Source: Eledone cirrhosa | Lineage: Eukaryota | DNA length: 64,000 nt | Assembly (NCBI GenBank): GCA_964016885.1 | Contig: OZ024744.1 | Coordinates: 52,700,001 to 52,764,000 of the forward strand | Direction of reading: 5' to 3' | Shown: positions 52,055 to 64,000 of the stretch, piece by piece | Numbering within the stretch: position 1 is the first letter of the stretch | Layout: every line of letters begins with the position of its first letter | Position numbers and translations under genes: made by a program | The notes under the pieces: model-generated | Database searches by the model: none | Told to the model about the DNA's origin: nothing | What the model saw: the letters and a program-made list of their open reading frames with translations, nothing else

Positions 52055-52998
52055 AGAGAGAGACAGAGAGAGCAATGCTCAGATAAAAGATAATTATGTG
52101 ATGTCTATTGGAGAAGAAACCCGCCCCACACGCGCCAAGTAGAGAAAAAGAAATTCCCCCATTCCAGTCTGCGAGTTTGAGCGTCTGTTAAGTCGACACA
52201 GTCATCTTATAAGAGAAAACTAAATATTCCTAAATAGAGATGCGTGCCTTTCTGCTCCCCAATTAGAGAAGATGCTGACAGACCCCGAGTCGGGCGTCGT
52301 TAAAACGTGATGCATTCAATGAAACAAACACTCCCCCCCCCCCGACACACACATATATATAAATATATATAAATATGTGTCTATATATATATACATATAT
52401 ACTATATATGTAACACACACACAGACACACAGACACAGAGAAAGGCTACACACACATACACACACACATATATATATATACATGTGTGCATGTACGTGTA
52501 CGTGACTGTGTGTGTGAATAATAAATAAATAAATAAATTAGAAATATACATTATAAAATAAAAACATAAAAAATATAATGATATTAATAAAAGCCCCCCA
52601 AAAAACAAAAACAAAACAAAACCCAAAAAACTATTGAATAGTGGAATAAAAAATAAAATAAAATAAAATAAAACATTAAAAGGAAACTGTTTATTGCAGT
52701 TGGTCGTCGCTTTGTGGGAATGATTTTCTCTCTGCCAGCTTCTTATGCAGATGTTTAAAGCATCTGAATGTCTTCCATTCATAACCGCCCTCCCATTTGG
52801 GGACAAATCGAAGGGGCAGTATATTAAAACGGAATTGACAAGATAACACGCAAAATTGACAGCTTGGCATTGGGTCATACATTTTTTTTCTTTTCTCAAG
52901 CTATCGTTGATTCGGGGTCGGCCAATAGAATTAAACCTTTCGAAGCCAAATAGGGCCCTGAAAGTACTACGAGAGCAAAATGGAAATGTATTTGTCGC

Positions 52999-53060
<62 letters not shown>

Positions 53061-53108
53061 CTGTTGTTTTGTTCCTTTCCTCTATTATTTATTCTGCATT
53101 TTCTGAAA

Positions 53109-53192
<84 letters not shown>

Positions 53193-53599
53193 GTATATGT
53201 ATATATATATATATATGTGTGCGTGTGTCTATATATATATATATATATTTATCCCCCCCCTCTCTCTCTCTCTGTATATACCACACGCAGTCTGTGTTTT
53301 TTCTGTATGTATCTGTGTGTGTGGGGGGGGGGGTCTATTCCGAAAGTCTCTGTATGTATTTCTGTATTTTGTGTCTGTGTGTGTTTGTCTCTCCCTCTAA
53401 CTCCTTCCCATCTCTCTCTCCTTGTGCGTGTGTCTGTGTGTTTGTGTGTTTGCGTGTGTGTGTGTATTATTCAGGTCTATTTGGAAATATAACTCCCACT
53501 AACTCTCTATAGAGAAGCCAGCATTATTTTCTGTATCTCTGAAATTATTTCACCTTATTTCATCATCAACTTAACTGACAGTCAATTCAGTTTCACCAG

Positions 53600-54200
53600 T
53601 GTCTCCTGTTCGGTTTTCTAGATCCCGTTTTACTTCTAATTCAAACTTCGGCAAGTAGTAATTCTGCTGTATAGAGCTTGCTTGCCTAGAAAGTTTCTGT
53701 TCTCTTACTGGAAACACATCTTACGATCCATATTGCCACCATTCTTTTCCTGTAGCTTCTCTTACCTTGTTTGCTCTTCAATACCATCTTGTTGAGTTCC
53801 TTTGTCCAGATGGCTCTAAATAATTTCTTTTGCCTTTCTATTTCATCATTTCCTGCCAGTGTCGTTGTTTCATAGTTACAAGTCACTTCCTTCGTTATCT
53901 CTTGCAGCTCTTGTTTTCATAAGTACCCATTACTTTCAAAAGCATCGCCTGCCAAGCTAATTTCTTTCCTTCAATCTTTTCCATTTCAAGTCGTTTCCAG
54001 TTATCTAACCTTCTTTTTCTAAATCCTCCTTCAGTTGGGTTGCTTACGTAATTGCACTTTATAACTACCATGTTGGGTTCTTTCGTCAACTTTTTCTTCT
54101 TTATCCTAAACTTATGTGTAAGCATAGGATGCTTTTGCATCGTATGCTTCACAGATTTTTAGGTTCTGTAGGTTCCCAAGTCCTCCATCACTGACACTTC
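53600..54200 (-). pseudogene. Probable N-terminal fragment of a Dong/R4-type ORF
   Basis: Two tandem motifs, TKEPNMVVIKCNYVSNPTEGGFRKR..W..KKLAWQA and WTKELNKMVL..SYRKRMVAIW, resemble the R4/Dong N-terminal domain (recalled, not searched). Confidence 0.6.
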
Positions 54201-54277
54201 TGACATTTTCAATAATAACAATGTGGCTTTTGTAAGGTGGTTTTATCAAGAAACCAACTCCATTATATTACTAATAT

Positions 54278-54660
54278 TGGATTGGCTGTATCGGTAGAGC
54301 GTCAGACAATAGGCTTTGCGGCATCGAGCTACGGTTCTTTACGTTCTGAGTTCAATTTCCGCCGAGGTTAGCTTTGTCTTTCATCCTTACCGGGTCGATA
54401 AAATAAAGTACCAGTCACAGGCTGGGGTAGATTTAATCGACTTTCCCTTCCTCCCAAATCACTGGCCTTGTGCCTATATAAGAAACTAGAGGACCGGACG
54501 TCATCCTTTGCAGCATAGAGTTACGGCCCTTGCCATTCTGAGTTCAAATCCCGCCGAGGTTAACTTTGCCTTTCATCCTTACGGGGGTCGATAAAATAAA
54601 TTACCAGTAATGCATTGGTCAATTGCTGGCCTTCTGCCAAAAGTAGAAACAATTATTATT
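54278..54660 (+). mobile_element. Two tandem tRNA-derived SINEs
   Basis: A box TGGCTGTATCGGTAGAG, B boxes GAGTTCAATTTCC and GAGTTCAAATCCC, core CTTTCATCCTTAC..GGTCGATAAAATAAA.TACCAG and an AGAAAC tail. Confidence 0.88.
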
Positions 54661-54937
54661 GTTATTGTTGTTGTTGTTGTTGTTACAATAATGGTAATGA
54701 TATAAGTAAGAAGCAGATAACATTTTACACACCAAAGCCTATATATATATTATGAAAAAAAATAAAGACACAGAAAAAAGGAAAGAAGGAATTGAAAGAA
54801 GACATTTTGGTTGAAGAATATGGAATGGTAGAAGGGGGCAGCAACTGGCGATGACAGAATTACAATGTAAGATTCTTATTTACATAGGACTGTGTGTAAA
54901 CTATAGAGTAACGGTATTGTCAGTTTCACTGGCATTT

Positions 54938-57900
54938 AGACAGATAGATAGATAGACACTCGGGTAGACAGATCGACAGATAGGAAGATAGATAGATAGA
55001 TATAGAGAGGAGACGTACAGACATGAAGACAGACAGACATACAGACAGACAGACAGACAGACAGACACATAGGCAGAGATACGGATACATGGGGAGACAC
55101 ACACGGACACACAAAGAGGCAAACAAACAGACATACACAGCTAGACAGACACAGCGGCAGAGAGACATAGAGGCAGACAGGCGGACAGGTAGACATACAG
55201 GCAGGCAGGCAGACAGGTAGACATACAGACACATTTCTGTTTATTTGCCACGAGGGCACAACAGAAAGGGACATGTACATGGGGGGGGGGGGGTTACATA
55301 TAAATCGAGTAAGAAAAATGTAATAAATAAAATTGTAACAAGAAGGTCCTCAATAGGGAGGGATCGTTTTGGGGTCACACACACCCCCGAAAAAAATGTG
55401 CGACCCTTCTCCACAGGAGCACAAAGAGAGGGTGCTCCCTTCTTCATTTTCCACCTACAGGCTGAGGTAGAGAGAAGGCCCATTCACACGTGCCATTCTC
55501 GCAACTTTCACCCACCTTTCATAAAACTGGCTGGAGTGGATCACCTCTCTCTCCATCCTGATCCTTCTTCCGATATGGTATCGGAAGAAAAGGACCAGTT
55601 GTTGGCCGGAAAGAAAGGTGTCCGACCTCAGCCCTTTTAAACGACTCCACCATATAACCTCTTTTACCATGGCTATTACACAGAGGAAGACCGCCTCTCC
55701 TTCATTTTTGAAGGAGGGAGGCGGCTTGATCGTTACAATGGACTCGGTGGTCAACCTAATTGGTCCCACCCGTGACAGCAGTTGTTCGACATAGCCCCAC
55801 AGATCGGTAACGCCCGGGCAGTGCACCAATGGGTGCTCGACGGTTTCCTCGTCGCGCACGCATCTGGGACAGATCTTTTTCGAGGTGTCCCTACCAGGAC
55901 GCCCGTGTCTGTAGAGTTTATCCCGAACGGGCAGTTCTCCTCGGTAGCACTGCTAGGCCAAGGACTTCTGGAAGTTGTCCATAGGTCCCGGTCCGAAAGT
56001 CCTACCGAATAGACTGGCCAGTTCGTCCTCCTCCATGCCTAGGGTTTCTCCGAGGGCGTCGCCGCACCTGCTAACCACCAGCCCTCTATAGAATGACGAG
56101 GTGGAGTCGCCACCGATAGGCGGGTCCGCCTGCCAGAGAGCCGTGAGCGCCTGGGCACACTCGGTGTGCCAGTCGCCCAGTTTTCTCGGTCTTTGCTTCA
56201 CCCAGGACTGCAGCTCGGTGAGCGAGACGAGCCTCGGGAAGGCTCGCCTCACAAACGGGGCCCACACCGGTTGACCGGTGAGGAATACGTGGAGGTGCTG
56301 TAGCCTCAATGCGTGTTTACGCATTTTTAGCCACGGCTTCCCCAGCCCTCCTTTCAAAGGGTGTTGACAGCAGATGGATCTCCTCACCAGGGGAGACCCC
56401 CTCTTCCAAAGGAAGTGAAAGAGAGCGCGCTCCATTTTGGCGAGGATCTCACCCGGGCAAGGCACGACAGTCAAGCGGTAATAGATGACGGACGCTATGT
56501 AAGCGTTCGCCACCTCCGCCCGACCTTTCAGGGATAGTTTGCACTCGGCCCACTTCTGCGTCAGTGCAAACACCCTATTCGTCACCTCACCCCAGTTTTT
56601 CTCCACCTGGAGGTCCGGTCCGAACTAGACCCCAAGCAACTTTACCGGGCCCTCCGTCCACCGTCCGACGATACCGTCGGACGACATCGGTTTGCCCCTC
56701 CACTCGCCGAGTTGCAAAGCGACTGACTTGTCCCGGTTCAGCTTAGCCCCTGTCAACCTTTCGTACTCCTCCAGTAAGGTGCCGATTGCCTCGATTTCCG
56801 CGGTGGTCGACACCATTACTGTCACGTCATCGGCGTAGGCCGACACCGCTTTGCGCAATCCCGGTTCCAAAGGGATGCTCTGCAACGACTTCAACTTCCG
56901 CAGTAGTGGCTCGAGAGCCAATACATACAGAAGGGAGGACAGAGGGCACCCCTGTCGGATGGAGCGGGTGATTTCGAAAGGCTCCGAGAGGTAGCCGTTC
57001 ACCTTGACTCTAGAGCAGATGCGGCTGCTGTGCATGGCTGTGATCCAGCCCCTGAAAACGGGTCCGAACCCAGCCGACGCTAGCACCGCATCCAGATAAC
57101 CATGGTCCACCCTATCGAACGCTTTAGACGGATCTAAATTTATCAAGGCCCCACCAAAGCCGGGTTCGTTCCCAACCCTCTCTATGATGTATCGCATGAG
57201 GTGGAGGTTGCCGTGGATGGACCTGGACAGGATAGCGTATGTCTGCGCTCCCCCCCCCCCACGACAAGCGCCAACCTCTTCGCTAACACCTTGGCCAAAA
57301 TCTTTAACTCTGCATTTAGCAGAGTTATGGGCCTAAAATTACTAATGTCATCCCCCTTGTTCTCGTCCTTCCTCACTAGCGAGACTACGCCCTTGGTCAC
57401 AGAACAGGGAATTCTCCCGTTCTGTTGCCAGTTGCAGTAGACCGCCTCGAGGAGATCGGGGAACAAGTCCGGCATATTAATATATAGTTCATAGGGCAGA
57501 CCATCGAGCCCTGGAGATTTGCGTTTGCCGCATAGGCTCAGCACGTCCCCTAATTCAGCAGCTGAGATCGGCCAGTCGCAGGACCTCGCCTCCTTGTCCG
57601 AAAGACGCGGCAGGACGTCGAGGTATGGACAGAAATCCACATCTCCAACCGGCCCCCCGCCCCTCCCGAACAATCGAGCAAAGTGCCTTTGAAAAGCCTC
57701 GCACATTTGCTTAGGATCAAGGATCACCCGTCCATCCTGGTCTCGCAAAGACCGGATAGTGGATCCAATCCCACTTTTAGCTTCTGTCACGCGGGCCCAG
57801 CTAACAGCTTTGGTCCCCTCGTTTCCCAGAGCACGTATTTTCGGACAACGCAGCCTTCGTGTTTCGCGTCGAAGAACTGGCTCAAGGCCGTTCTCGACGC

Positions 57901-60185
57901 TTGCACTCTGGCCTCATTGCCTCTTCAACATTAACTACCAACTCCCTTTCCTTCCTATTTCTATCTGAGGCTAACTCCTTAGTAACTCCTATTGAAACTA
58001 CTCTAATTTCTCTTTTTAAAGAGCCCCACCACCTGCTGTTGATGATGGCGCCCGTTAACCGCTCCTTAACTAAGGTTCTAATCCGGTCCCGGTAAGCTCC
58101 ACTTGCCGGTAAGGACAAGTTGAGCTTCCAGAAACAGGGTCCCTGCCTATCCGTTCTATCAAGGTGGACTACCTAGGTCACTAACTTGTGGTCTGAATAG
58201 CCCACCATGAGCATTTCTGGACAACTTAAAAAGTCCCTATCCTTAATTCTAACTAAGAACCTATCTAGGTACGATCTAGATTGACCACTATGATTTGACC
58301 AAGTCCAGGTTGGCACAATCGGAAAATCTAGTCGATATCTATCGGCCAGGTCAAATCGGCCGATTAACCCCTTGAGGCTGTTACACGCCCCTCTATCGGG
58401 ACATGCCCCTACATAGTCCCAACGTGCATCTAGGATACCATTCCAGTCCCCCACTAAAAGCAAGGAGCGGGACGTCCCTAGAAAAGTCTCCAGACGATGG
58501 AAGAAGCCCGACCGCATTGCCCCAAAAGGGGCGTACACGGCAACAAGCCTAAAAGCTTTGCCTTCGCCACTGCCAAGGTCCAGAACCACGAGTCGACCCT
58601 CCGGGTCCAAGTGTACCGTCTGTGTAGCGAGACCCAGATGTTTTTGCAGCAGAACGACAACCCCACCCCCACCTCCGGGCTGACAGAGAGATGCGTGCAT
58701 CTCAAAGTCATCAAAGGTGGGGCCTAGTTGTCGCACGCTGCTGATCCGGGCCTCGCAAATAACCATCACATTTATACATCGTGACCTGAGGTCATTTAGA
58801 AGTTTAGCTTGCTTCCAAGGTGAGCCCGGGCCACGCGCATTTAGACAACCTACTCTTAACACAGCCACGTTGGTGGTAAAGAAAGAGGCACTTACCTCTC
58901 TGCGTCCCGGGGTCCGGGCCGCTCAGTTTCCATGGGGGTGATGGAGGGGTATATTTCCAGGTTGTGTATGCACTGCGTGTGTTTTTGTATTTGTGTTCTG
59001 TGCGGAGGGGCTGGGTGGGACCGTGTTTTGGGTTGTTTTCTTGAGCTGTTGTTGATGTTGTTGTTGTGGTGGTGATGGTGGTGTATTTTGTTGTTTTTGT
59101 GGTGGTAGTGCTCGTTGTTTTTGTTGTTGTTGTGGTGTTTGTAGCAGTGGTTTTTTGTTGTTAGTAGAGGGCAGACAGTCCTCAGGTGACCTTTGCCAGC
59201 GCAGTGGTAACATGAGGGCCTCCTGCCTTCCACCGTAATATTAATAAAAGGTTCAACCATCCAGTAGTACTCGGTCGGGTATTCCGGCGATTCTCTCAGG
59301 TGTCATCTGTAAGAGAACCTCCAGTCTTTTCCCCCGAACAGTTCACTGGTGGACTCACCTGCTGATATTAGAATGGCCTTTTCTAGGTCCGTGAATCCTG
59401 TCAGGACGGACCAGATGTTTACTTCTGGCGTTGAGCTCCACATTCTTAGTCTTTGTGTTCTTCTTCCTTTATATGTGGGGAAGAAGGTGTATTGTGGTGA
59501 CAATATAGGTGCCACCGAGCATTTTTGAGCCAGCATTTCGTCCTTCATTCGGACCATAATGCTGGCATACAGCTTTCCTCTTTCAATAAAGAGTATGTCT
59601 ATTTTTATGTCTTTCAGAACCAGCTCAATTTGACTTTATGTCAATTGAGCTGGCTTTCTTGTTGCGTTGGATATAGTCCTGAAGGTTATGGTATTCCTAT
59701 ATACCTGATCGTAAAAGAACCATCTTCCCCAAAAGATACGTATTTTCTGGCATTTAGCAAGTTCTGCTTAGCGTTAGTAATGTCTATGGGCTTGTATTCG
59801 ATAGCTTTCCTGACCGTTTGGGCAAAGAAACTTTGCTGTCTTTGTTGCTTTCGCTTCGTTCATTGTTGCTTGTTGTTGCAATGTTGTTGGTTTCATCTTT
59901 TGTGGTATTTTTTTCCCTGTTATTTTTTTTCCAAATTTGGGTTTTCACTCGAATTAAGTCTGTTTTTCATTCGAGAGGAGGGGTTGTTCAACAGTTTGAA
60001 TTATTGTTCCCTCTTTCTCGCTTTTTTTGGTGGGCGTGGCGTTAGCTTGCAATATGGCTTCCTCGTTTTCAACAATATCGATAAACATTTTAAAATTAAA
60101 GATTTTCACCCCAAAAGGGGCGAAAATATATTTACCCTACGTCTACAGTCCCAGACGAGGGGTTAGAGTCAACAGTAGTAACACA
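54938..60185 (-). mobile_element. Full-length but frameshifted L1/Tx1-clade LINE of a separate family, with a (TCTG)n-type tail
   Basis: ORF1 remnant with CYHCAGKGHLRTVC, APE at 58173-58868, RT at 56625-57790 (AYADD), and a 3' end GCCCTCGTGGCAAATAAACAGAAAT followed by GTCT repeats. Confidence 0.92.
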
Positions 60186-60435
60186 ATTTAAATAATACAC
60201 TCACAAATAACCAAGTAATGATTCAAAATCGAAGAGCCGATGTGAAAGACGTCTACTATCAAAGACAGACAGAAAGACAGGCAGAGAGACAGCACTGCTA
60301 TCATCATCAACACAAACTCTAACACTACGATCATCATAATCTCTATAATCATCACTACAATCACCAACACTACCATCAAAGCTACCGCCACCACTATTAC
60401 TACAACCACCACTACTACCATCACCACCACCACCA

Positions 60436-60499
<64 letters not shown>

Positions 60500-60627
60500 C
60501 ACAAAGCACCATTAACAACAACACTAGCTGCATTGTTACCACTATAGTTCCCACTATTATACCACTGCTACTATTATCACCACCATCCCCAACACTATCA
60601 CCACTACCATCATTATTAACATAACAT

Positions 60628-60822
60628 GGTCGGTGGATTGGCAGTATCGGTAGAGGGTCGGACGCCATGCTTTGACGTATAGAGTTACGGCCCTTGCCAT
60701 TCTGAGTTCAAATCCCGCCGAGGTTAACTTTGCCTTTCATCCTTACAGGGTCGATAAAATAAAGTACCAGTAATGCACTGGGGTAATTGCTGGCCTTGTG
60801 CCAAAAGTAGAAACAATTATTA
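60628..60822 (+). mobile_element. Full-length tRNA-derived SINE (best copy)
   Basis: A box TGGCAGTATCGGTAGAG, B box GAGTTCAAATCCC, central CTTTGCCTTTCATCCTTACAGGGTCGATAAAATAAAGTACCAG and tail GGCCTTGTGCCAAAAGTAGAAACAATTATT. Confidence 0.92.
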
Positions 60823-62159
60823 ACATTACTCAATTTCTAGTGCCATCAGCAACCATCATCACCAACATGACATCCACCACCGCCACACTACCAACACCAT
60901 CAACATCAACACCACCACCACTACCAACACCACCACCACCAACACCACCAACATCAGCACCACCACCACCACCACAACCACCACCACCACCACCACAACC
61001 ACTACCACCACCACCATCACTTCCAACACCACCAACATCAACACTACCACGAGACCCACTACATCACCACCACCACGACCATCAACAGTGCCACCATCAC
61101 CACTACACCACCACCACCTCCACAAACACCACCAACATCAACACTACCACCATGCCCACTACACCACCACCACCACCATACCCACTACACCACCACCACC
61201 ACCACCACCACCACTACCCCCACCACCTCAGACCCACTACGCCTCACATCGCTGTCAGTTTTTCTGTAGTCTCTGTGTACATTATTTGGAAGAAGAAGAA
61301 GAAGAAGAAGAAGAAGAAGAAGAAGAAGAAGAAGAAGAAGAAGAAGAAGAAGAAGAAGAAGAAGAAGAAGAAGAAATGAAATGGTTGTCAAAAACATTAT
61401 GAGAAGGCGAAGCCCTTGTGGGAGATGTACGATTGAATGTGATTGGTGTCAAGGAAAGACAACCACGAACGATATTGATAGAAGCTGTTGACGGAGGAAG
61501 TGGAAGGGGAGGGGAGAGTGACGGTGGAGGGAGGGAGAAAAAGAGAAAGCGAGAGAGAGAGAAGGAAATCGGGGTCGAGAAGGAAGGAGTGTGTATAGAG
61601 TTATCGATGGGGGCAGTATCGTATAGTGTTGTTCTTGTTGTTGGTGGTGGTTATGGTGGCGTTGTTTGAGCGTGATGGTGCTGCTGCTGCTCCTGCTAGT
61701 GGTGGTGGTGGTGGTGGTGGTGGTGGTGATAGTGGTGATGTAGTGGGTTGTTGCTGGTGGTGGTGGTGATGGTGGGTGATGTTGGTCGTGGCTGATAGTG
61801 GTGGTGGTTGTGTTTGTCGTGGTTGTGGTGATAGTAGTGGGGGTGGTGATGGTAGTGGTGGTTGTGGTTGTGGTGGTGGTAGTGGCGGTGGTAGTGGAGG
61901 GTGAGCGGGGGTGAGGTGAGGTTGGTTGTGGTTGTCGTGTTGGTGGTGGTGGTGGTGGTTGTGTTTGAGGGTGATGAATTTGACCAAAAGTCACCGAATT
62001 ATAATGATGAAGAACTTTCTGTCCCAAAATGTTGTCGTTGAGCAAACATCGAGAGAAAGAAGAAAAAAGAGAGAAACAATAAAAATGGGTGTGGTTGGGA
62101 GGGTGAGGGTAACAAGTACAGATAAAAATATAGAAACATAAAGATTAAAATAAAATGAA

Positions 62160-62812
62160 ATAATTGTTTCTACTTTTGGCACCAGGCCAGCAATTATCCC
62201 AGTGCATTACTGGTACTTTAGTTTATCGACCTCGTATGAAATAATAGTCGATGTTTCTACTTTTGGCACAAGGCCAGCAAATAACCCAGTATATTACTGG
62301 TACTTTAGTTTATCGACCCCGTAAGGATGAAAGGCAAAGTTAACCTCGGCGGGATTTGAACTAAGAATGGCAAGGGCCGTAACTCTATGCGTCAAAGCAT
62401 GGCGTCCGACCCTCTACCGATACTGCCACCCCAAATAATTGTTTCTACTTTAGGCACAAGGCCAGCAATTACCCAGTGCATTACTGGTACTTTATTTTAT
62501 CGACCCCGTAAGGATGAAAGGCAAAGTTAACCTCGGCGGGATTTGAACTAAGAATGGCAAGGGCCGTAACTCTATGCGTCAAAGCATGGCGTCCGACCCT
62601 CTACCGATACTGCCACCCCAAATAATTGTTTCTACTTTAGGCACAAGGCCAGCAATTACCCAGTGCATTACTGGTACTTTATTTTATCGACCCCGTAAGG
62701 ATGAAAGGCAAAGTTAACATCGACGGGATTTGAACTAAGAAAGGCAAGGGCCGTAACTCTATGCGTCAAAGCATGGCGTCCGACCGTCTACCAATACTGC
62801 CAATCCACCGAA
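62160..62812 (-). repeat. Tandem array of the SINE (three full ~187-bp units plus one 3' fragment)
   Basis: GTTTCTACTT recurs at 62253, 62441 and 62628. Confidence 0.92.
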
Positions 62813-63514
62813 TCATCTTCCTACTCACTGCTATTGGGGATGGAGTTGGCCACTAATGATGATGTTGTGATGATAATGATGACCATGATAATCATGAAGT
62901 AGATGATGATGCTGATGTTGACGATGGTGGTGGTGGTATTGTTGTTGTTGGTGGTGGTGGTGGCGGTGCTTGTGATGGGGGTATTGGTTGCGGTGGTGGT
63001 GGTGGTGGTGGTGGTATTTGTAGCGGTGGATGCGGTAACAGTAGTGGTGGTGGTGGTGGTGGTGGTGGTGGTGGTTGTGGTGTTGATGATGCTGATGATG
63101 GTGGTGGTGGTGGTGGTGGTGACAGTATAAGTGGTGGTGTTGATGATTGTAGTTGTGGTGTTGATGATGGTGGTGGTGGTGGTGGTGGTAACAGTAGTGG
63201 TGGTGGTGGTATTTGTAGCGATGGTGGTAATGATGATGATGATGATGATGGTGATGATGAAGAGGAGGAGGATGTGGAGGAGGATGTGGAGGAGGAGTCG
63301 GAAGGGGAGGATGAGGATGAGGATGAGGAGGAGAATGAAAATAACGAAGATGGTTCCGTTGACGACAACAACGACAACAACGACAACGACAGTGAGAAGT
63401 CCGGATCTAAGCAGCCATAGGATTTTACAGATAGTTTAGGTTTTTATGAAAAAGAAATATATTGTTGTTACCTTGTGATGTGGTCAGCATTGTACTATTC
63501 TACCTTAACAATAA

Positions 63515-64000
63515 CAGCAGCAACAGAAAGGTAAACAATAGCAGCAGCAGCAGCAGCAGCAGAAACAGCAGCATCGGCCGCATCAACAGCAACAGAAAGG
63601 TAAACAATAGCAACAACAGCAGCACAGCAACAGCAGCATCAACAGCAACAGAAATATAAACAACAGCAGCACAGCAGCAGCAGCAGCAGCATCAACAGCA
63701 ACAGAAAGGTAAACAATAGCAACAACAGCAGCACAGCAACAGCAGCATCAACAGCAACAGAAATATAAACAACAGCAGCACAGCAGCAGCAGCAGCAGCA
63801 TCAACAGCAACAGAAAGGTAAACAATAGCAACAACAGCAGCACAGCAGCAGCAGCCTCAACAGCAACAGAAATATAAACAACAGCAGCACAACAGCAGCA
63901 GCAGCAGCATCAACAGCAACAGAAAGGTAAACGATAGCAACAACAGCAGCACAGCAGCAGCAGCATCAACAGCAACAGAAATATAAACAACATCAGCACA
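63515..64000. repeat. CAG/AAC-rich minisatellite with a 109-bp higher-order period
   Basis: AACAGAAAGGTAAAC at 63591, 63700, 63809 and 63918, alternating with AACAGAAATATAAAC subunits. Confidence 0.88.

Larger units (their letters stand above)
60300..63400. repeat. Low-complexity (ACC/GGT)n, (ACT)n and (GAA)n region with embedded SINEs
   Basis: Degenerate trinucleotide repeats are directly visible. Confidence 0.9.

Noticed and set aside
52080-52990. Possible promoter or enhancer (CCGCCC, GTGGGAA motifs)
   Set aside because: The motifs are short, with no associated gene or independent support.
59525-60166. 213-aa plus-strand ORF
   Set aside because: It is antisense to the decayed Tx1 ORF1 and has no recognisable domain.
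60628-60720. tRNA gene
   Set aside because: The A and B boxes are too far apart for a standard cloverleaf and are followed by a SINE body that recurs many times.
62160-62812. CRISPR-like array
   Set aside because: The units are complete SINE copies without unique spacers, in a eukaryotic context with no cas genes.

Overview
This is a gene-free, repeat-saturated eukaryotic window. The SINE family and microsatellite content suggest a mollusc, probably a cephalopod such as Octopus, but that is inference. No host exon could be supported. Most short ORFs in the track are translations of (TA)n, (CA)n, (TTA)n, (GAA)n and similar microsatellites. The real coding content is retrotransposon-derived. 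There are several Penelope-like elements (PLEs; RT plus GIY-YIG), including a Naiad-type element with an open 714-aa ORF in partial-tandem arrangement. There is a 5'-truncated RTE LINE with three C2H2 fingers, a stack of L1/Tx1-clade LINEs (one nearly intact), Dong/R4-type restriction-like-endonuclease LINE fragments, and many copies of a tRNA-derived SINE. The most notable signal is a set of type I hammerhead ribozyme motifs read directly from the sequence: seven well-formed cores in the first 10 kb (two of them with a non-permissive GUG triplet) and one weaker core near 35.37 kb. One lies in an ORF-less, highly structured, terminally redundant 466-nt unit that looks like a retrozyme or circular-RNA retroelement. 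Another lies in a fold-back insertion nested in the PLE 3' UTR. Other observations are a 112-bp target-site duplication around the RTE, a two-copy internally deleted RTE derivative, a GTAAGT splice-donor motif conserved at the ORF1/ORF2 junction of three Tx1 families, and a shared SINE/Tx1 3' end.
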